DNA of 63,852 bases, the filler included, from Choristocarpus tenellus KU-1152 (Eukaryota > Protista > Phaeophyceae): the NCBI GenBank assembly GCA_964200185.2. It is 11 parts of 11 records of this genome, joined end to end, with 100 filler letters (N's around TTAATTAATTAA, not from the genome) between each part and the next. Parts side by side here need not be neighbours in the genome. Positions count along the whole stretch, not along the records: positions 24,377 to 34,068 come from CAXNAD020003469.1; positions 34,169 to 36,959 come from CAXNAD020024733.1; positions 37,060 to 42,630 come from CAXNAD020010387.1; 8 more parts are not named here. The stretch is one strand, 5' to 3'. Below the pieces are notes generated by a model. It was not told where the DNA came from. It saw only the letters and a program-made list of their open reading frames with translations, and ran no database searches. This document shows positions 28,723 through 41,976 of this stretch, piece after piece (position 1 is the stretch's first letter; each line of letters begins with the position of its first letter). The translations under genes and the position numbers were made by a program.

Positions 28723-31700
28723 TCAGCCCAATTTCATCTTGTTCATCTTCCCAGTTCGTGCATTGTGTAAGGTTGTGCCATCATCATGCTCCATGTCTCT
28801 CTCCTCTATCTTCCACGATCTCTTCCTAACTCTCTTTCCCTTCTTTCCCTCCACCACTGCAGGGGCTCCAGTACCCTTCAAGACATCCATTCCTTTGTCT
28901 TCAACAGACCTGGACGACTCAATAGCCTCCCCTTCAATAGCTACATCCATACCCTCACAAACTCTTCGACTCTTGCATCCTCCCTCCTCTTGACCCTCAC
29001 ACTCCTTACTCTCACAGCCTTGGTCTACACACCCACCACCACCTTGACCCTGTTCCGAAAAACTCAGTGTCGGCTCACTGCAAGAGGCCTTGGGTAATCT
29101 TGCGGAGGGACTTGACACTCCGCTCAATTCATCTCCTCCATCTGCTGCCTCTGCCGCTCTTGCAGCTAACATTGCCCCAATCTCCATTACCACCCGTACC
29201 ACTTCAGTTGGCTCTGTCTTTTCCATGATAGCAACTACCTTCTGGATCACCTCGCTGAATGCCTTGAGCATCCCAGGTTTTCCTGCCTGCTTGCCCTCAG
29301 TGGCCAACAACGCTGCCAGCAGACCCACCTCACCGTCTCCATCTCCATGCCAAGGTCCCTTCTCAGCTTCAGTTCTTATGACTGATTCAGTGGATGTGAC
29401 CCTTGTAATCTGTGTACTCCCTCCAGCTCCAGGAATACACCCCGCTTCAACCTGGGCACTAGATGCAGAAATTGAGCCCAATCCCCTAGCCCTGGCTCCT
29501 GCTTCCGCTTGGGCATCCAGCAAGTTTGAGAAGGAGCGATCACCAACAAAATTACTACTCATGGCTTGTGCCCATTTAGCAAATTTTGACATCGAATCTT
29601 GGGGGGTGTAAAAGGGGGCGCAAGAAGACAACACATAAAATCAAAAGAACAAAAATGGATTAGGTATAAGGATACCAATGTTGGCAATAATAACCCCCAA
29701 AATGTTTGAGTTTAATGAAAGATGTTGGCATCTCCATTTCCACCGGTGCAACTCATAATTCACAGACATGACGACTCTGAAGGCCACATGAGCCTTGAGG
29801 GTTAAAAAAACAAAACAGCGTTTGACCCAATGCAATGAAGAGGGTAGGGCCGCGTCCGTTCAGGGTCATAAATCCAACATTGCAGTTTTTATTCATTTGA
29901 CTACCATGTTTGTTAGCAAGTGTCTGTCAATATCCTTCCTCTGGACACGTCTTTTCCATAGTCGTATACATTCTAGGTAACTGTGTTCACACAGAAAACC
30001 GGATAAGGGGCACAAAAAACCCATGGGAAGTCAAGCCCTGAACGGACAAAGAGCGCAAAACTCCTACGCTCCTAAATGCCTTGGGTCTTTGAAAGGAGGT
30101 GAGCTGCGACAGAACAAAAACGTAAAAAATGGAGAGAGATTTATTGATGGCTCTACCTCGATGAATGTAAGCAACATGATCAGTGGGTATATAGACAGGG
30201 TAGAGCTATGGAGTGCACCAAGAGAAAAATGTGACACAAACACAAACACGCACACACACTCAGACACACACGGGCATACACACCTGCTGCTTCAAACCGA
30301 TACCGTAACTGGAAGTGCTGGTGACAGTCACAGGCACACTCAACACAAAGATGGCAATTCTTGCAGTCCATTTCCTTGCATCCACAATTGGAGCGCTGCC
30401 ATGTCCCCTTCTTGGAAAAATTCAGTGCCTTTTTAAGGCGTTGACACTCTGTTTGGGTACTGCACAAGAGGAGTAGAGGGATACATGTCAGGAAAAGGTA
30501 CAGTATTTGCTCGCTCCTCCGAACATTGACAAACGCTCCTCTGAACAATGGCATATGATACTTGCCAATTTCAGTGCACACTGAAGAAGTAGGCAATAAC
30601 CCATCACAGTCCTTCACCAAAGGGAGGGAAAGGCTGCAGGAAGAGGGATATTTTCACTCCAATGGAATGCAGAAAACGTTGTATCTGTATACCTTAAAAC
30701 ACACACATACACACACAAAATGTATATCAGAGCACGATACAATTTAGTACACAAAAAAGCATAAAAATATTAAGAAATAAAAAGTGGATCTGTTGCATAT
30801 GGCAAGACATCAGTGGGAGTAGCACTCCAGTGTCAAAAACGCATTCTTCTCTCTACCAAAACCTTGATCATTGTCAACGCCATCCATCCAATACATTTCA
30901 CTATCCCTTTACAAACGCCCTGTCCAGCTATCCATGAAATTAGTACACCACTAACAGCATTTCTTAAATACATAAAAACCCAACATCACTAGCAGTGCCA
31001 TGGGGGGCAGGAGGTCATGTCCTCACACACATACACATATAAGAACGTATGTGCTACTAACAATTGCACTACCATGCACAAACTAGCCGATTCACGCAAT
31101 GCAACCCAACCGCCAGACAAGCTTCCAAATGGTACAGACCCAACAGATTTTTTTTGGAACAATAGAGACATTTCAATATGGGCAGGCTCATCAGAGCAAC
31201 TAAATCAACAGCACCCTCCCTAACCCTACCCACATGAGATCCTTGCACACAACTTACTTCCAGTTATGATACTCGCTTTCAACGATGATATCAAGTACTC
31301 CCTCTGTTTTGGTTGATCAAACACCAAACAACCATGTTTATGAGCGAACGGTGTCCGACTTGGGTGTCCTAAATTACTGTTCAGTGATACACATGTCAAT
31401 GTACAAATTATGAGCTTTCAAACAAGTCCCTACCTAAGCAACGTCTGAGGGTTTTCCGTTCTCGAGGATAGTGCCAATGAAGGTAGAGCATCTTGTTGTA
31501 GGGTGTGAAAATTGGGTCTGAAACCGTGAAATCGTGCAGTTCTGTTTGGTTGCCTTCCTATTGAGAAGGGTGATTGCAACGCACCAAAATTTCAAACTCT
31601 CGAGATCGGCTGAACCAATCAACACCATACTTTGCACGATGGGAAAGGCGAAAGGCGTCTCCATGTACAAGCGGCAAGCTTCCGTCGGAGAGTACTTTCA

Positions 31701-33998
31701 GCTGCGCAGGACCTGTGGTAGGGGTCCAACGAGGTGCCCGATCGAAAAATTGCAAAACAAAGTACGGAATGGCCACAACGTTGGCTCGGTTGGTGAGGGT
31801 GGCATCCCGTAGATGCGATAATGGGGAGGTTATGGGTTTTAGCTTCTGGTCGCAATGGATGACAAAGAACCATTCCGCAACACGATATATTGACGTGATT
31901 GAAGCAGTTCATGTGTTGGAAGGGTTAGGGTTTAGGAGATGAGCTGCGAATGCCAAAGTAGCCCCAGGAAAGGGAAGATAAAGGGGTACATCGAGGAGAC
32001 GGAGGTATCAAACCATACCGAAGAGTCATCAAGTCCTTCCTTTCTGATCAACACGAGTTGGATAGGGTGACCTTTTTCATGAGCAGCATCCTGAAAAAGG
32101 GTATGGGGTACGTGTTAGAGCCCATGCTTGACTGTGTCCACCTCGATGAAAAATGGTTTGACTTGGTTTCTGAACGGCGAAGGGTTTACATTAAGCCTGG
32201 GGAGGCGCCACCCAAGTGTCCTCGCATCAAAAGCAGGTCACACGTTCCAAAAAGTGATGTTTCTGACTGCGAACACACACGGCCCCGTATTTTGGAGGAT
32301 GGAACTTGGTGGGACAGGAAGATTGGCAGTTGGCCACTGGCAGAGGGAGTTGCAGCAAGACGATCATCCTCTAATCACACCTGAGTTACCATCGAGACAA
32401 AGACTGTCAACACGACTGGTGAGCTTTATGAAAAATATCTCACGGAGAAGGCCTTGCCAGCTTTAGTGTCTCACCCATGCCTGTTACAGCAGGACATTGC
32501 TTTCCATCAGGACGACACTGTAAGGTCATATACAGCATCTGCTGAGAAAGCAGTGGATGATTGGTTGGCCCACTGCTAAGAGGCTCTTCAATATGTGTGC
32601 TCAAGCAACCTGCCCAATCGCCGGTTTGAACACTCTGGACCTCGGATTCTTCCGCCCTCTGCAGACCAGTGCAGGGTGCCTTCGATCGGACAACATTGAG
32701 GAGCTTGTACAACATATGGTGAAGAGATACGACGAGTATGATACTGAGACCTATAACAAGGTCTGGCAGAGTATCTCCGCACAGAACAAGGTTCTGTTGA
32801 ACCACTTAGGCGATAACAACATAACGGGAGTGTGTAAGACACAGGAAGATAGGCAGATAATGGTGCACGTAGTTCTGTCTTTGGTGGCCAAGGTAGTGGC
32901 TTTCCTGCGGGCTGAGGGGAAGACAATAGAGCTTGGGATGTACTGATTCGTTTCCTACTAAGTTTTAAACAGAGCTTACTCACCATGTACACAAACATAT
33001 CCTATCTCCCCAGACCTTCATTATCCCAGGGTGTGGCATACCACCCTTCCAAACTCATAGGTGTCTGATCAACCAAAACAAAGGGAGAGCTATTTACGCC
33101 AATCCATTTTTGGGTACACCACACAATCCCAAAAATATATATATATAAGTTAGGCAGTTTACTCCAGTAAAACTGTAATGTAACTGCCTTCATTGCATCC
33201 AATAGAAAAGTTAAAAATATCAATAGTACCTACCCTCTATCTCCTGACAATCTAAGCCAGTTCGCTAGCTATCTTCTCGAGCCAGCCTATATCTCGCAGA
33301 GAACGTTCCTAGGATATTATTTCTGCATATTGTATCCCGAGACAAAACTTGCACGTCACCTCAGCACATCTTCTTCAGCAATAAAACAAAATAACACACA
33401 CAGACCCAGTCAGAATACACTCAGAACATGTAACGCATTAATATATCATAAATATATGTACCACAATTATTTATCGCGAAAGCACTAAATCAAATACGTA
33501 GGTATCATCGGCACCCCTAAAATATCAATCAAGTCCCTTCATTCACCTGTCCAAACCTATCCCATTTGAACTACAAACGCACACACCAAAAAGTGTTGTC
33601 TGAACATCATCTTCAAACAGCACTAACCAGCATAGCAAATAAATAACACAAGCACTTTATTTTTTTTCAATTATACCTTTTTGCAACCATCCCTTCCAAA
33701 TGTGTACCAACCCCCCCCACACATACACACCAAAAAAGCAAAAAATATGTATCTTAACCACTCACCTAAACCATTACATCACGTACGGGCATGCACCACT
33801 CACACACAAAAAAAATCGGAAGGAGAACAATAAAAAACTCACTTATTGCACTCCCTATGCACACGATTCGAACACCTCCCTGAACTATTTGAAAACGCAT
33901 TCCTGCAAGCTGCATGGCAAGCGAGGCAAATGTTGTGGTCCTTCCCCAGGAGACTCTCGCACCCAAAGCAGTGCATGTACGAATTGAAGAGGTCGGTC
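28723..33998 (-). CDS. 3' exons (33843-33998, 30284-30459, 28723-29597) of a Cys-rich zinc-binding protein, possibly JmjC-family
   Basis: Phase-compatible splicing (2, 1) gives LFNSYMHCFGCESLLGKDHNICLAC...CGCKEMDCKNCHLCVECACDCHQHFQLRYRF, then a low-complexity tail. Confidence 0.65.
29824..30087 (+). mobile_element. Divergent family-A-related MITE (intronic)
   Basis: GACCCAA..GAGGGTAGG / CCTACGCTCC..TTGGGTC ends; interior shares CCCATGGGAAGTCAAGCCC with family A; flanks TTT/TTT. Confidence 0.7.
31298..33087 (+). mobile_element. Full-length degenerate plant-type mariner DNA transposon (intronic)
   Basis: 28-bp TIRs CTCCCTCTGTTTTGGTTGATCAAACACC / GGTGTCTGATCAACCAAAACAAAGGGAG; TA on the left; VHLDEKWF, KSRSHVPKVMFL, WDRKIGSWP, NTLDLGFF with frameshifts. 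Confidence 0.92.
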
Positions 33999-35317
33999 CT
34001 GAAAAAAAAAAAAAAAAAGAACATAAAGGAGTAAAAAGAAGTAAAAGACTACGAAACCCCCACAAAAANNNNNNNNNNNNNNNNNNNNNNNNNNNNNNNN
34101 NNNNNNNNNNNNTTAATTAATTAANNNNNNNNNNNNNNNNNNNNNNNNNNNNNNNNNNNNNNNNNNNNCAAAGACAAACCCAACCCCGAAACAGGGCCCC
34201 CCCCCCCCCCACCCCCCCCCTCAAAAAAAGAAGAATCAATGCTATAGAGCGAGGACTTTCAGATACATTTTTTTCCCCCAGCCCTCAGAGTTGGAATAAA
34301 ACAAGATAATTTATCCCATAAAAAATACCTTCAAGAGGCTAGAACATGCAAGAGTCAATACCAATATTGTGAATAGAAAGGATTTGAATCTTTGAATCGT
34401 AAGTTATCTCAAATTAATAAAAAATTACCATCATAGTATATTACTATTATTACAATTATTATTACTATTATTAGGACTAAGCATAAGAAGTAGTACATGC
34501 ACACTGCAGTGCCTAACACTCGGCATGCAAAACATGCCTGACCATCACGATTTTTCATTTATTAGCGGATTATTATTATTATTTATTAGTGGACACCATG
34601 GACACGCGTGTTAAAACCAATGCTGCTGATTGCTCCACGCTTGATTGAATCACAGCGACCAAACCCCTTATGATTCATGACAACCAACCATGATTCGTGG
34701 CAGGGAAGATATATAAACAATGCCAAATACATTAATAATAATAAGTATTTCACCAGTAACAAAAAGAGCCAGTCATCAAAATAAATAAAAGAAGTATGGA
34801 AAAGAATGCATTGCAGTTCGTTAGGCATCTGATGGCAGTGTACTTTGGAACTATAAAAAACCCATTAAATAAAAATTCAATCAATGTGTTAAAGAAGCTG
34901 ATGTTCCCAAGACTTGTGTATGTAAATAACTCGATTAATTCCTTATTGGGTAGAACAGGTTGTACATGAAGTAAGGAAGGTGAAAGGAGGAGTGAACATC
35001 CAAGCCCAAAGGGGGGGGGGGGAGTTCTTACCACCAAATCATTCCTATTCTATGGACCAGCAATCAATAATTACAGATTTCTTCCTACAATGCTTCCTAT
35101 TCCTGAACTCTTCCATATTCTAGTACTTAAACCCAAACAAACCTTTCATTCTTCAGAACACAAAGATGGTCCCTTCATCCATAGATAATTTCTTGCAGAA
35201 TATTCCTTCACACATAAAAACAAAGAACAATCTTGACACAATGCTCCGCGCATTAGAAATAATAAATATTAAAATATTAAAGTATTAAAATATTAAATTA
35301 TTCAAGGACCACCTCAC

Positions 35318-36828
35318 CTCGCCCCTGACGTTCACGTTGTCCTCTTCCCTTCCATTCCGAATGCTGGTTTTTGTAGGGGTAAAGGCATTTGTGACTGCAC
35401 CTGGGTCACCTCTGCCATACAGCACCACCAAGAACCCTTCAAGAGACGCAGCGTTAGCCTCAATGTCCTACAGTGAGTCACAGAGACATGACATCCAAAG
35501 AAGTTTTCAACGATAAATTGGATACATGGTCATTGGATACATGGTACAGGACCGATGGAAATGTGAAAGGTCATTAGGGTTAGGGTTAAGGTTAGGGTTA
35601 TGGACTAACTATATCTGGGAAAAAGGGGGGCCTCAAGGGCATGAGGCTGTAAGGCACAAGAATATATATATACACATTTTATATTTTTTAACGTGTGCAA
35701 CAGGAAAGTGAGAATAGAGCCAAAAAAACGCCGTTTTCATCCCTAAACTAATTTAACAAAACTTGACTAAATTTGCTCAAAACGAGGTTTGCAGAAGGGG
35801 ACTACTACAAGGCCCATCATCAGTACCCATCATTAACTGGTACATGGGGATTTACTCCAGTTAATCTTAGTGACAATTTTAGTGTACCAGTTCAGTCCAA
35901 TTTTCTCATACCCACCAACAACCACTAACCTTAGAGTACTTCATGTATGTCTACAACTTGGGATGATACATACTACTTACACCCTAACCCCAACCTTAGA
36001 GTACTTCGTGTCGGTCTACAACTTGGGATGATACATACTACTTACACCCTAACCCTAACCTTAGAGTACTTCATGTCTGTCTACAACTTGGGATGCATGC
36101 AGGAATTTCTCAATGCTCTTAAGAGACACCAATGGTAGCAATAGCACTTGTACACAAGTACTCGAGCAAAAAAACGCCTCAAAAATTCAATACCAACTGT
36201 ACATCTATATTTGAAAAAAAAATGTACCCCTTGAGAGAACTCGACACGCCCACTGTTGCCGAGACAAAACAACCCTATCAAAATCTATCATAATCTATCA
36301 AAATCTATCATAATCATTCACACAAAATCACTCTTACTACAAAACACGAGGAGGTTTCAAGCAAAATGCTGCCCTTTCAAAAAACAAGAGGCACTTAACT
36401 CCATCACAGACAAAAAACCCAATCGGGCACAAACCAAAAGCTAGTCTGTCCTTCCTCCTCCAAATAACTTTCTAAACAGACTAAAAACACTCCACTCCAC
36501 TCCACTCCACTCCACCCCAACCACACACACACACACACACACACCCTAAGGCCTAATCCCCACAACTCACCTTTTCCACCAAGCTCTTGACATTGCCATT
36601 GCCCCCAGTGCTATCATGGCCTCCACTTGCCATTACCCCCACTGCCCCACCCCCACCACTACATTGGGACCTCGGTGCCACCACCACCAAACCCACAAAC
36701 CTATCTGGCAGTGATTCCTCTGCTGGCAGAGTCCCAGGCGGTAGCTTTCTAACTTCAAGGGCAACAGCCCTACCTTGACGCACTCCCATCCGAAAACAGA
36801 CTTCCTGCCCTTGTAACATCGCTGGACC
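35318..36828 (-). CDS. Two internal exons (36571-36828, 35318-35467) of a CSDE1/UNR-like cold-shock domain protein
   Basis: GQEVCFRMGVRQGRAVALEVRKLPPGTLPAEESLPDRFVGLV resembles the UNR inter-CSD linker; canonical phase-0 splice sites. Confidence 0.6.
35927..36095. repeat. 65-bp minisatellite (~2.5 units) containing CCCTAA
   Basis: TTAGAGTACTTC at 35931, 35996 and 36061. Confidence 0.85.
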
Positions 36829-37408
36829 CTGTGTCACGGAGTATTGATCATGAGTCAAAGCTCTGATCAGTATGGAACTCATGTGACATGTGTGTACAAA
36901 TACATCTATTACAAATATATATGAGGGAATTGGGTCAAAGTATCTGGGGGGGGGGGGTGNNNNNNNNNNNNNNNNNNNNNNNNNNNNNNNNNNNNNNNNN
37001 NNNTTAATTAATTAANNNNNNNNNNNNNNNNNNNNNNNNNNNNNNNNNNNNNNNNNNNNCCCCCCTCCCAGATACTTTGGGTCAAAACTAATTTAATATC
37101 GTAAGAACCCCTGAAAAAAAACAGTTGCCGTAAATGTGAAAGACACCTCTCCAAAATCTATTTACTGTTTGACTACCACCTATGCTGCAGTACTCCTCTG
37201 CAATATCTCTAACCTGGCTTATGTTGAAACACGAAATCGAACGAAGCGTGCTTTCTTGTACAGTGACAGGTTTGCAACGAAGGGATGTCATAGTGCAGTA
37301 AGGCACTAGTGAATTTGATATGATGAACCTGGTGACATGCTGTGCACAGACAGAGGGTGTTTGATGTGAAATTGAAGTTATTCCTTGGGACACTCAAAGG
37401 AAGGAATT

Positions 37409-37667
37409 CATTCAAAGTATCTTAGAGGGTAGGGCCGTGTCCATTTGATGGCCAAAATTCAATGTTGCGATTTTGATGTAATTGTGGCCATTGTTTTCGT
37501 TGGGAAGTGTCGATAAACTTGTTCCAGACAGACCATTTCATAACGTATACATTTCACCTACTCCGAAACATTTTGGGGTAAGAAAACGTCGTAAAAAAAC
37601 CCATGGGAAGTCAAGCCCCAAATGGACAAATAGGGAAAAACTCGTACCCTCTAAGATACTTTCACTT
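37409..37667 (+). mobile_element. MITE family A copy
   Basis: Perfect 18-bp inverted core AAAGTATCTTAGAGGGTA / TACCCTCTAAGATACTTT. Confidence 0.9.
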
Positions 37668-39772
37668 TGAGAAAAAGGGTTTCTGAGGATGTTTTTATAT
37701 CTCAATATGTTTCATCCAGTGGGTATCAGGTATACTTATCGCAGAGTGAACTTATATCTTAGGAGGGGGTAATGCCAGCCAGAAAAAATAATATACATGT
37801 GATATACAACTGGAGAGTCTGATGTGAAGCAGAAAAGAAACAAAGAAACAAGCTTGAATCAATATCTGTGGTAAGTCATACGACCCATACTATAGTTGTA
37901 TGTTTGATAGGTAGCGAGTGTTCTATGCTTCATGTGTAACAGATGTTCTAACTGTAATTAATGATGCTGTGAGGAGATGCCAATAATGTAAGTGGAAGTA
38001 CCGAGCAGTACCAATGTGCAAATCAACAGTCAGTATGAACTGGTGATTCTGGATCGCATCAAGAACAAAAAGACGAGTACTATGTTTTAACAGGTTAGCC
38101 CTACACAGGATGAGGACTTAGAGAAGCATCCCAAGAATCTGACAGGCCCCTTCTTGCCCATCTCCCTGGTGTCTCCAGCTTAAAAGGCACGTATTGATAG
38201 AGTCACTTTTGTTGTGACAGACACTGTCATAAACGGGATTTGACAGCTCCTTTCCTACTGTAGCCTCCCATCCCTCTCCCCTGTACCGCGTGCGTAGCCA
38301 ACTCATCCGGAAAACGCTCTGCTTTCTTACCGAGGCACCCAAAACTTTCCACCACGAAGGTGTTGAGTTTAAAATTACGAAGGTCAAAAGAACCCTCGTA
38401 GTGGGTGTGCTTTCGCACCTCAACTGCAGCAGCAGCTACGCCATTGCTGGTGGGTGAGTGGGGTAGATGGGAGGCTGTACTGCAGCAACATCTAGGAGGA
38501 GGCATTTGTCCTGGTAGGGAGCTAATCCAGCGTCTGCAATTGTCCAGCCATGGAAGACCATGTAAATGCGGAAATTCTGGTCCACTGTGATGAGCTACCA
38601 TCCTCCATAGTGCAAGGGATGCCCATTCCTTTGCAGAGTTGACCTGGACGCTTCACCATCGATGCGTGTTGTCGGATCTGTCCCCCTGCCCTAGGGCAGG
38701 TACAAGCATGTCTAGTCTCCAGATTATGCCTCCTGCACCCAGCCACTGGCACCTGTTGGATAAGGCTTCCTCCCTCCCTAGGGATCTGATGGCAGTGAGT
38801 CTAAACTCTATGGGAGGGATCTAGCGTGCTGGTTCCAGGGGTTGCATGGAGGCCCATGCATTTGCCCCTTGTCTACATTGACTCCAGTGGCGGGCCAGAG
38901 CTAGTGAAGAACTTTCCCTCCCTTGTCTGCATCTTCTGGTAGGTTGGCCAATTGCATACGGAAAGAGTCGAATCAGATCCTGTTCAGGAGGCAGATAATC
39001 TCGTGTTGTCCCCTCCTTGTGATCCTGGCATCATGGGCAGCTAGAGTGTGGACCTCTGGGGCAGGGGTAGGGGTTGTTGTTCCCTCCCAGGCTACCCAGC
39101 CTTGGCCAATAATTCCCGCCAAGTCTTCTGAAGAGGAGGGTGTGGATGGATGATCCCAGCGTCCTAACTGTGAGGCTCATATAGATGGCTTGTGGGAAAG
39201 GCTCTCCGTAAGACCCTTGATGCCTTGCTAAAAGGGTGGGGAGAGTGGCCAACAGTGATCCTACAAAGGCTGGATGCTGGCGATGCTTCATAAAGGATGT
39301 GCCTAACCTCCCCAACTTTGTGGGCATCTGTACCTGTACTTCTTGGTATGTCTCCAGGCGAAGAGGCCAATTTTCACACACCCCATCGAAGAAGTCAGTG
39401 ACTCCCGCTGAGTCTGCTACCTCCATTATCTTCTTTAGCGTTAGATATTGTCTGCTTGTTCCATGGTGAAGCATGCCAGGCGGGGGGTAGTGACCCTTAC
39501 CAAATAGCCAAAGTGGGGAGAGAGGGACCAGGAGTTGAGGAGCCAGCTACTTGTTTGTCCTCCATCTCACTCAGGTGCGTGGCCAGCATTTGTGAACCTG
39601 AGCTCACGATCACCTCAGCCACGTGGGCTTGGATGAATTCATCTGTTCCCACTGGAGCCCCTAGAGCAACAAAACCATTTGGGTCCGAGGCCAGGTTGAT
39701 TCCCGCTGTGACCAAATGTTCGAGTTCTGAGGGAGTGAGCTGGTGGCCCTGAGGAGGTACAGTAAAGGTCTT

Positions 39773-40199
39773 TGTGCAATATAGGCTGATAGTCTATATC
39801 GTCTATATGTGTTTAGTGAACACTACTAGAAGACAGGAATGTTGGCTAAGTGGAACAAGTGTCATTGACTTGTGTTCGTGTGCGTAAGGTAATGAGGTCG
39901 AATCTCAGATGATCGATTTCTTATTGCTTGATATAAATGGACTGATGGAGGAGTTCTGACATAGTAGTAGTACTATCTACACAGGATACAGGATAATGAC
40001 ATAGTACGATGTAATGGCAGGACACGTCTTGATGTGTCAGCTGATGAGTCAGCTGATATATGTAATAAACAATAAGATAATAATATAAGATAATAAGAGA
40101 GAGCACCCCCCACCACCGAGGGCTGTGCTCACTCCGCTAATAAATATATCCATACCACACAAACCAAAATACTCTACTTGAGTAGTTCTCTTTTGCATA
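39773..40199. mobile_element. Solo LTR
   Basis: TGTGCAA...TTGCATA termini, 5-bp TSD GTCTT, internal AATAAA; removing it rejoins RT sequence (DK|TFTVPPQGH). Confidence 0.75.
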
Positions 40200-40789
40200 G
40201 TCTTGTCCATACTAGGGCGATGCCTACCTTGTGTGTAGGTCCAGTCTTCAGCTACTCGAAGACAGCTATTGTGGTGCAGTTAATCTCCCTTGTAGAAATG
40301 GATGTGTCATCCAGGTATCTTCGGGAAGAGACTTCCTGTGGTCCAAAGATAGACTGGGCTCGCTGTAGGGCTTTGGTGGTTGCCATGCAATATAGGAGGG
40401 GGGCTAAGGGTGTCCCCTTGTTGTGCCCCTGGTCTTGATGGCATTATCTTCATCCCTCCCTCATCCAGGGGGGAAAGAAGATCACAGGTGCCCCCATACA
40501 CCTTGGACACATAAGGTAGGAGTCCTGATAGGGTCTCAGGGAGAGGCTCGATGAAAACCAAGCGGCATGCACTGTTGAAGGCGTTTCTTCTATCGAGACT
40601 AATGACCATATTCCTTTGGCGAATGTCCAGTAGGGGACGCTCCACCCCATTTGGGACCCCTACGCCAAACTTCCCCATTCCACTGAAATGTGTTACAGGC
40701 AATATGTCTTGATGGCAATTTCATAAACACCATCATGACCTTGAAGTCCTAGATTCGATATGTTTGTACTTCTTGACTATTTAGTTATT

Positions 40790-40927
40790 ATGCTATGAAA
40801 AGTTGTGTCTGGAACAAGGATATTGACACTTCCTATCAAACACGATCGCCAATATTACATCAATATCGCAACATTGGATTTTAGCCCGCAAATGTGCACG
40901 GCTCTACTCTTTGAGATACGTTGACTC
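40790..40927 (-). mobile_element. Partial MITE family A
   Basis: Left half of the element ending GAGATACGTTGACTC. Confidence 0.75.
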
Positions 40928-41295
40928 AGAAGGTTGAAGCACATGCCCTTCTAAAGAAAGAGTCACAGGCAACCAGGTGGTAAATCTCTCCAATTGCAGA
41001 CAGTCTGGAGGTGGCGTGGAGATTCCAAAACTCCGGAGGTAAAGAGTCCAGGGAGATGTTGGCTAGCTCCGAAAGCTTGGCAAATGCCTCTTCCACTTCT
41101 CCATGGCCAACACCCGTCGTGATGGCCGATCGGATATGGCTGGGGCGCATCCCATTGGGACCTGGAGCAAAGTTGCTGTTCGCTCTTATGGAGGCCGTCC
41201 GCAGGGAGGTGGGAGTGTACTTCCCCTCAGGGGGGCAGTACCGTTGTTCCCCAGACCCTGCATCCCTCTCCACCCTTTCTTTTGCTTCCAATATG

Positions 41296-41976
41296 GAGTC
41301 AAAGTATCTTAGAGGGTAGACCCGCGTCCATTTGGGGGCCAAAATCCAATGTTGCGATTTTGATGTAATCTTGGTCATTGTGTTTGTTAGGAAGTGTCAA
41401 TATTAATGTTCCAGACACATCTTTTCATAACGTATACATTTCACCTACTCCTAAAACTTTTGGAGTAGGAAAATGTCATTAAAAAAAATATGGGAAGAGT
41501 TTTACCCTATTTGTCCATTTGGGGCTTGGCTTCCCGCAGAATTTTACAACATTTTACCTACAATATGTTTTGGAGTAGGTAAAATGTGACCAAAAGTATC
41601 TGGGGGGTGGGGGGAGGGGGGATCTACACCAGGGTGTCCACTTGGTCCATAACCAGGAAGAGTGCAATTACATTATCCATCCGATGTATGCAACCAAATC
41701 ACCCAAAAATTGCGACTTGAAAAAATTGGTCCCAAATGGACAGCCCCGACCCTCCCCAGATATTTTGAGCCTGCTTATGTTATGAAAAATTGTGTCCAGA
41801 ACAAGGATATTGACACTTCCTATCAAATACGATCACCATCAACATGTTTGTTCTGCCTCCCCTCCACATGACTGTTAATATCAATTGGCACTTACTCTCA
41901 AAATTATATCAAAATCGCAACATTGGATTTTTGTCCGAAAATCGACGTGGCTCTACCCTTTGAGATACTTTGACTC
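41296..41976. mobile_element. Inverted dimer of MITE A with a nested family B copy (41588-41771)
   Basis: Both outer ends are A left TIRs; flanks ATG/ATG; removal restores the retroelement frame ELGQA|ILEAKER. Confidence 0.85.

Noticed and set aside
16203-28725. Genome-wide TGA reassignment or selenoproteins
   Set aside because: Conserved genes (RPT6, inositol dehydrogenase) have no in-frame TGA, the contexts are not Sec-like, and CGA>TGA decay is sufficient
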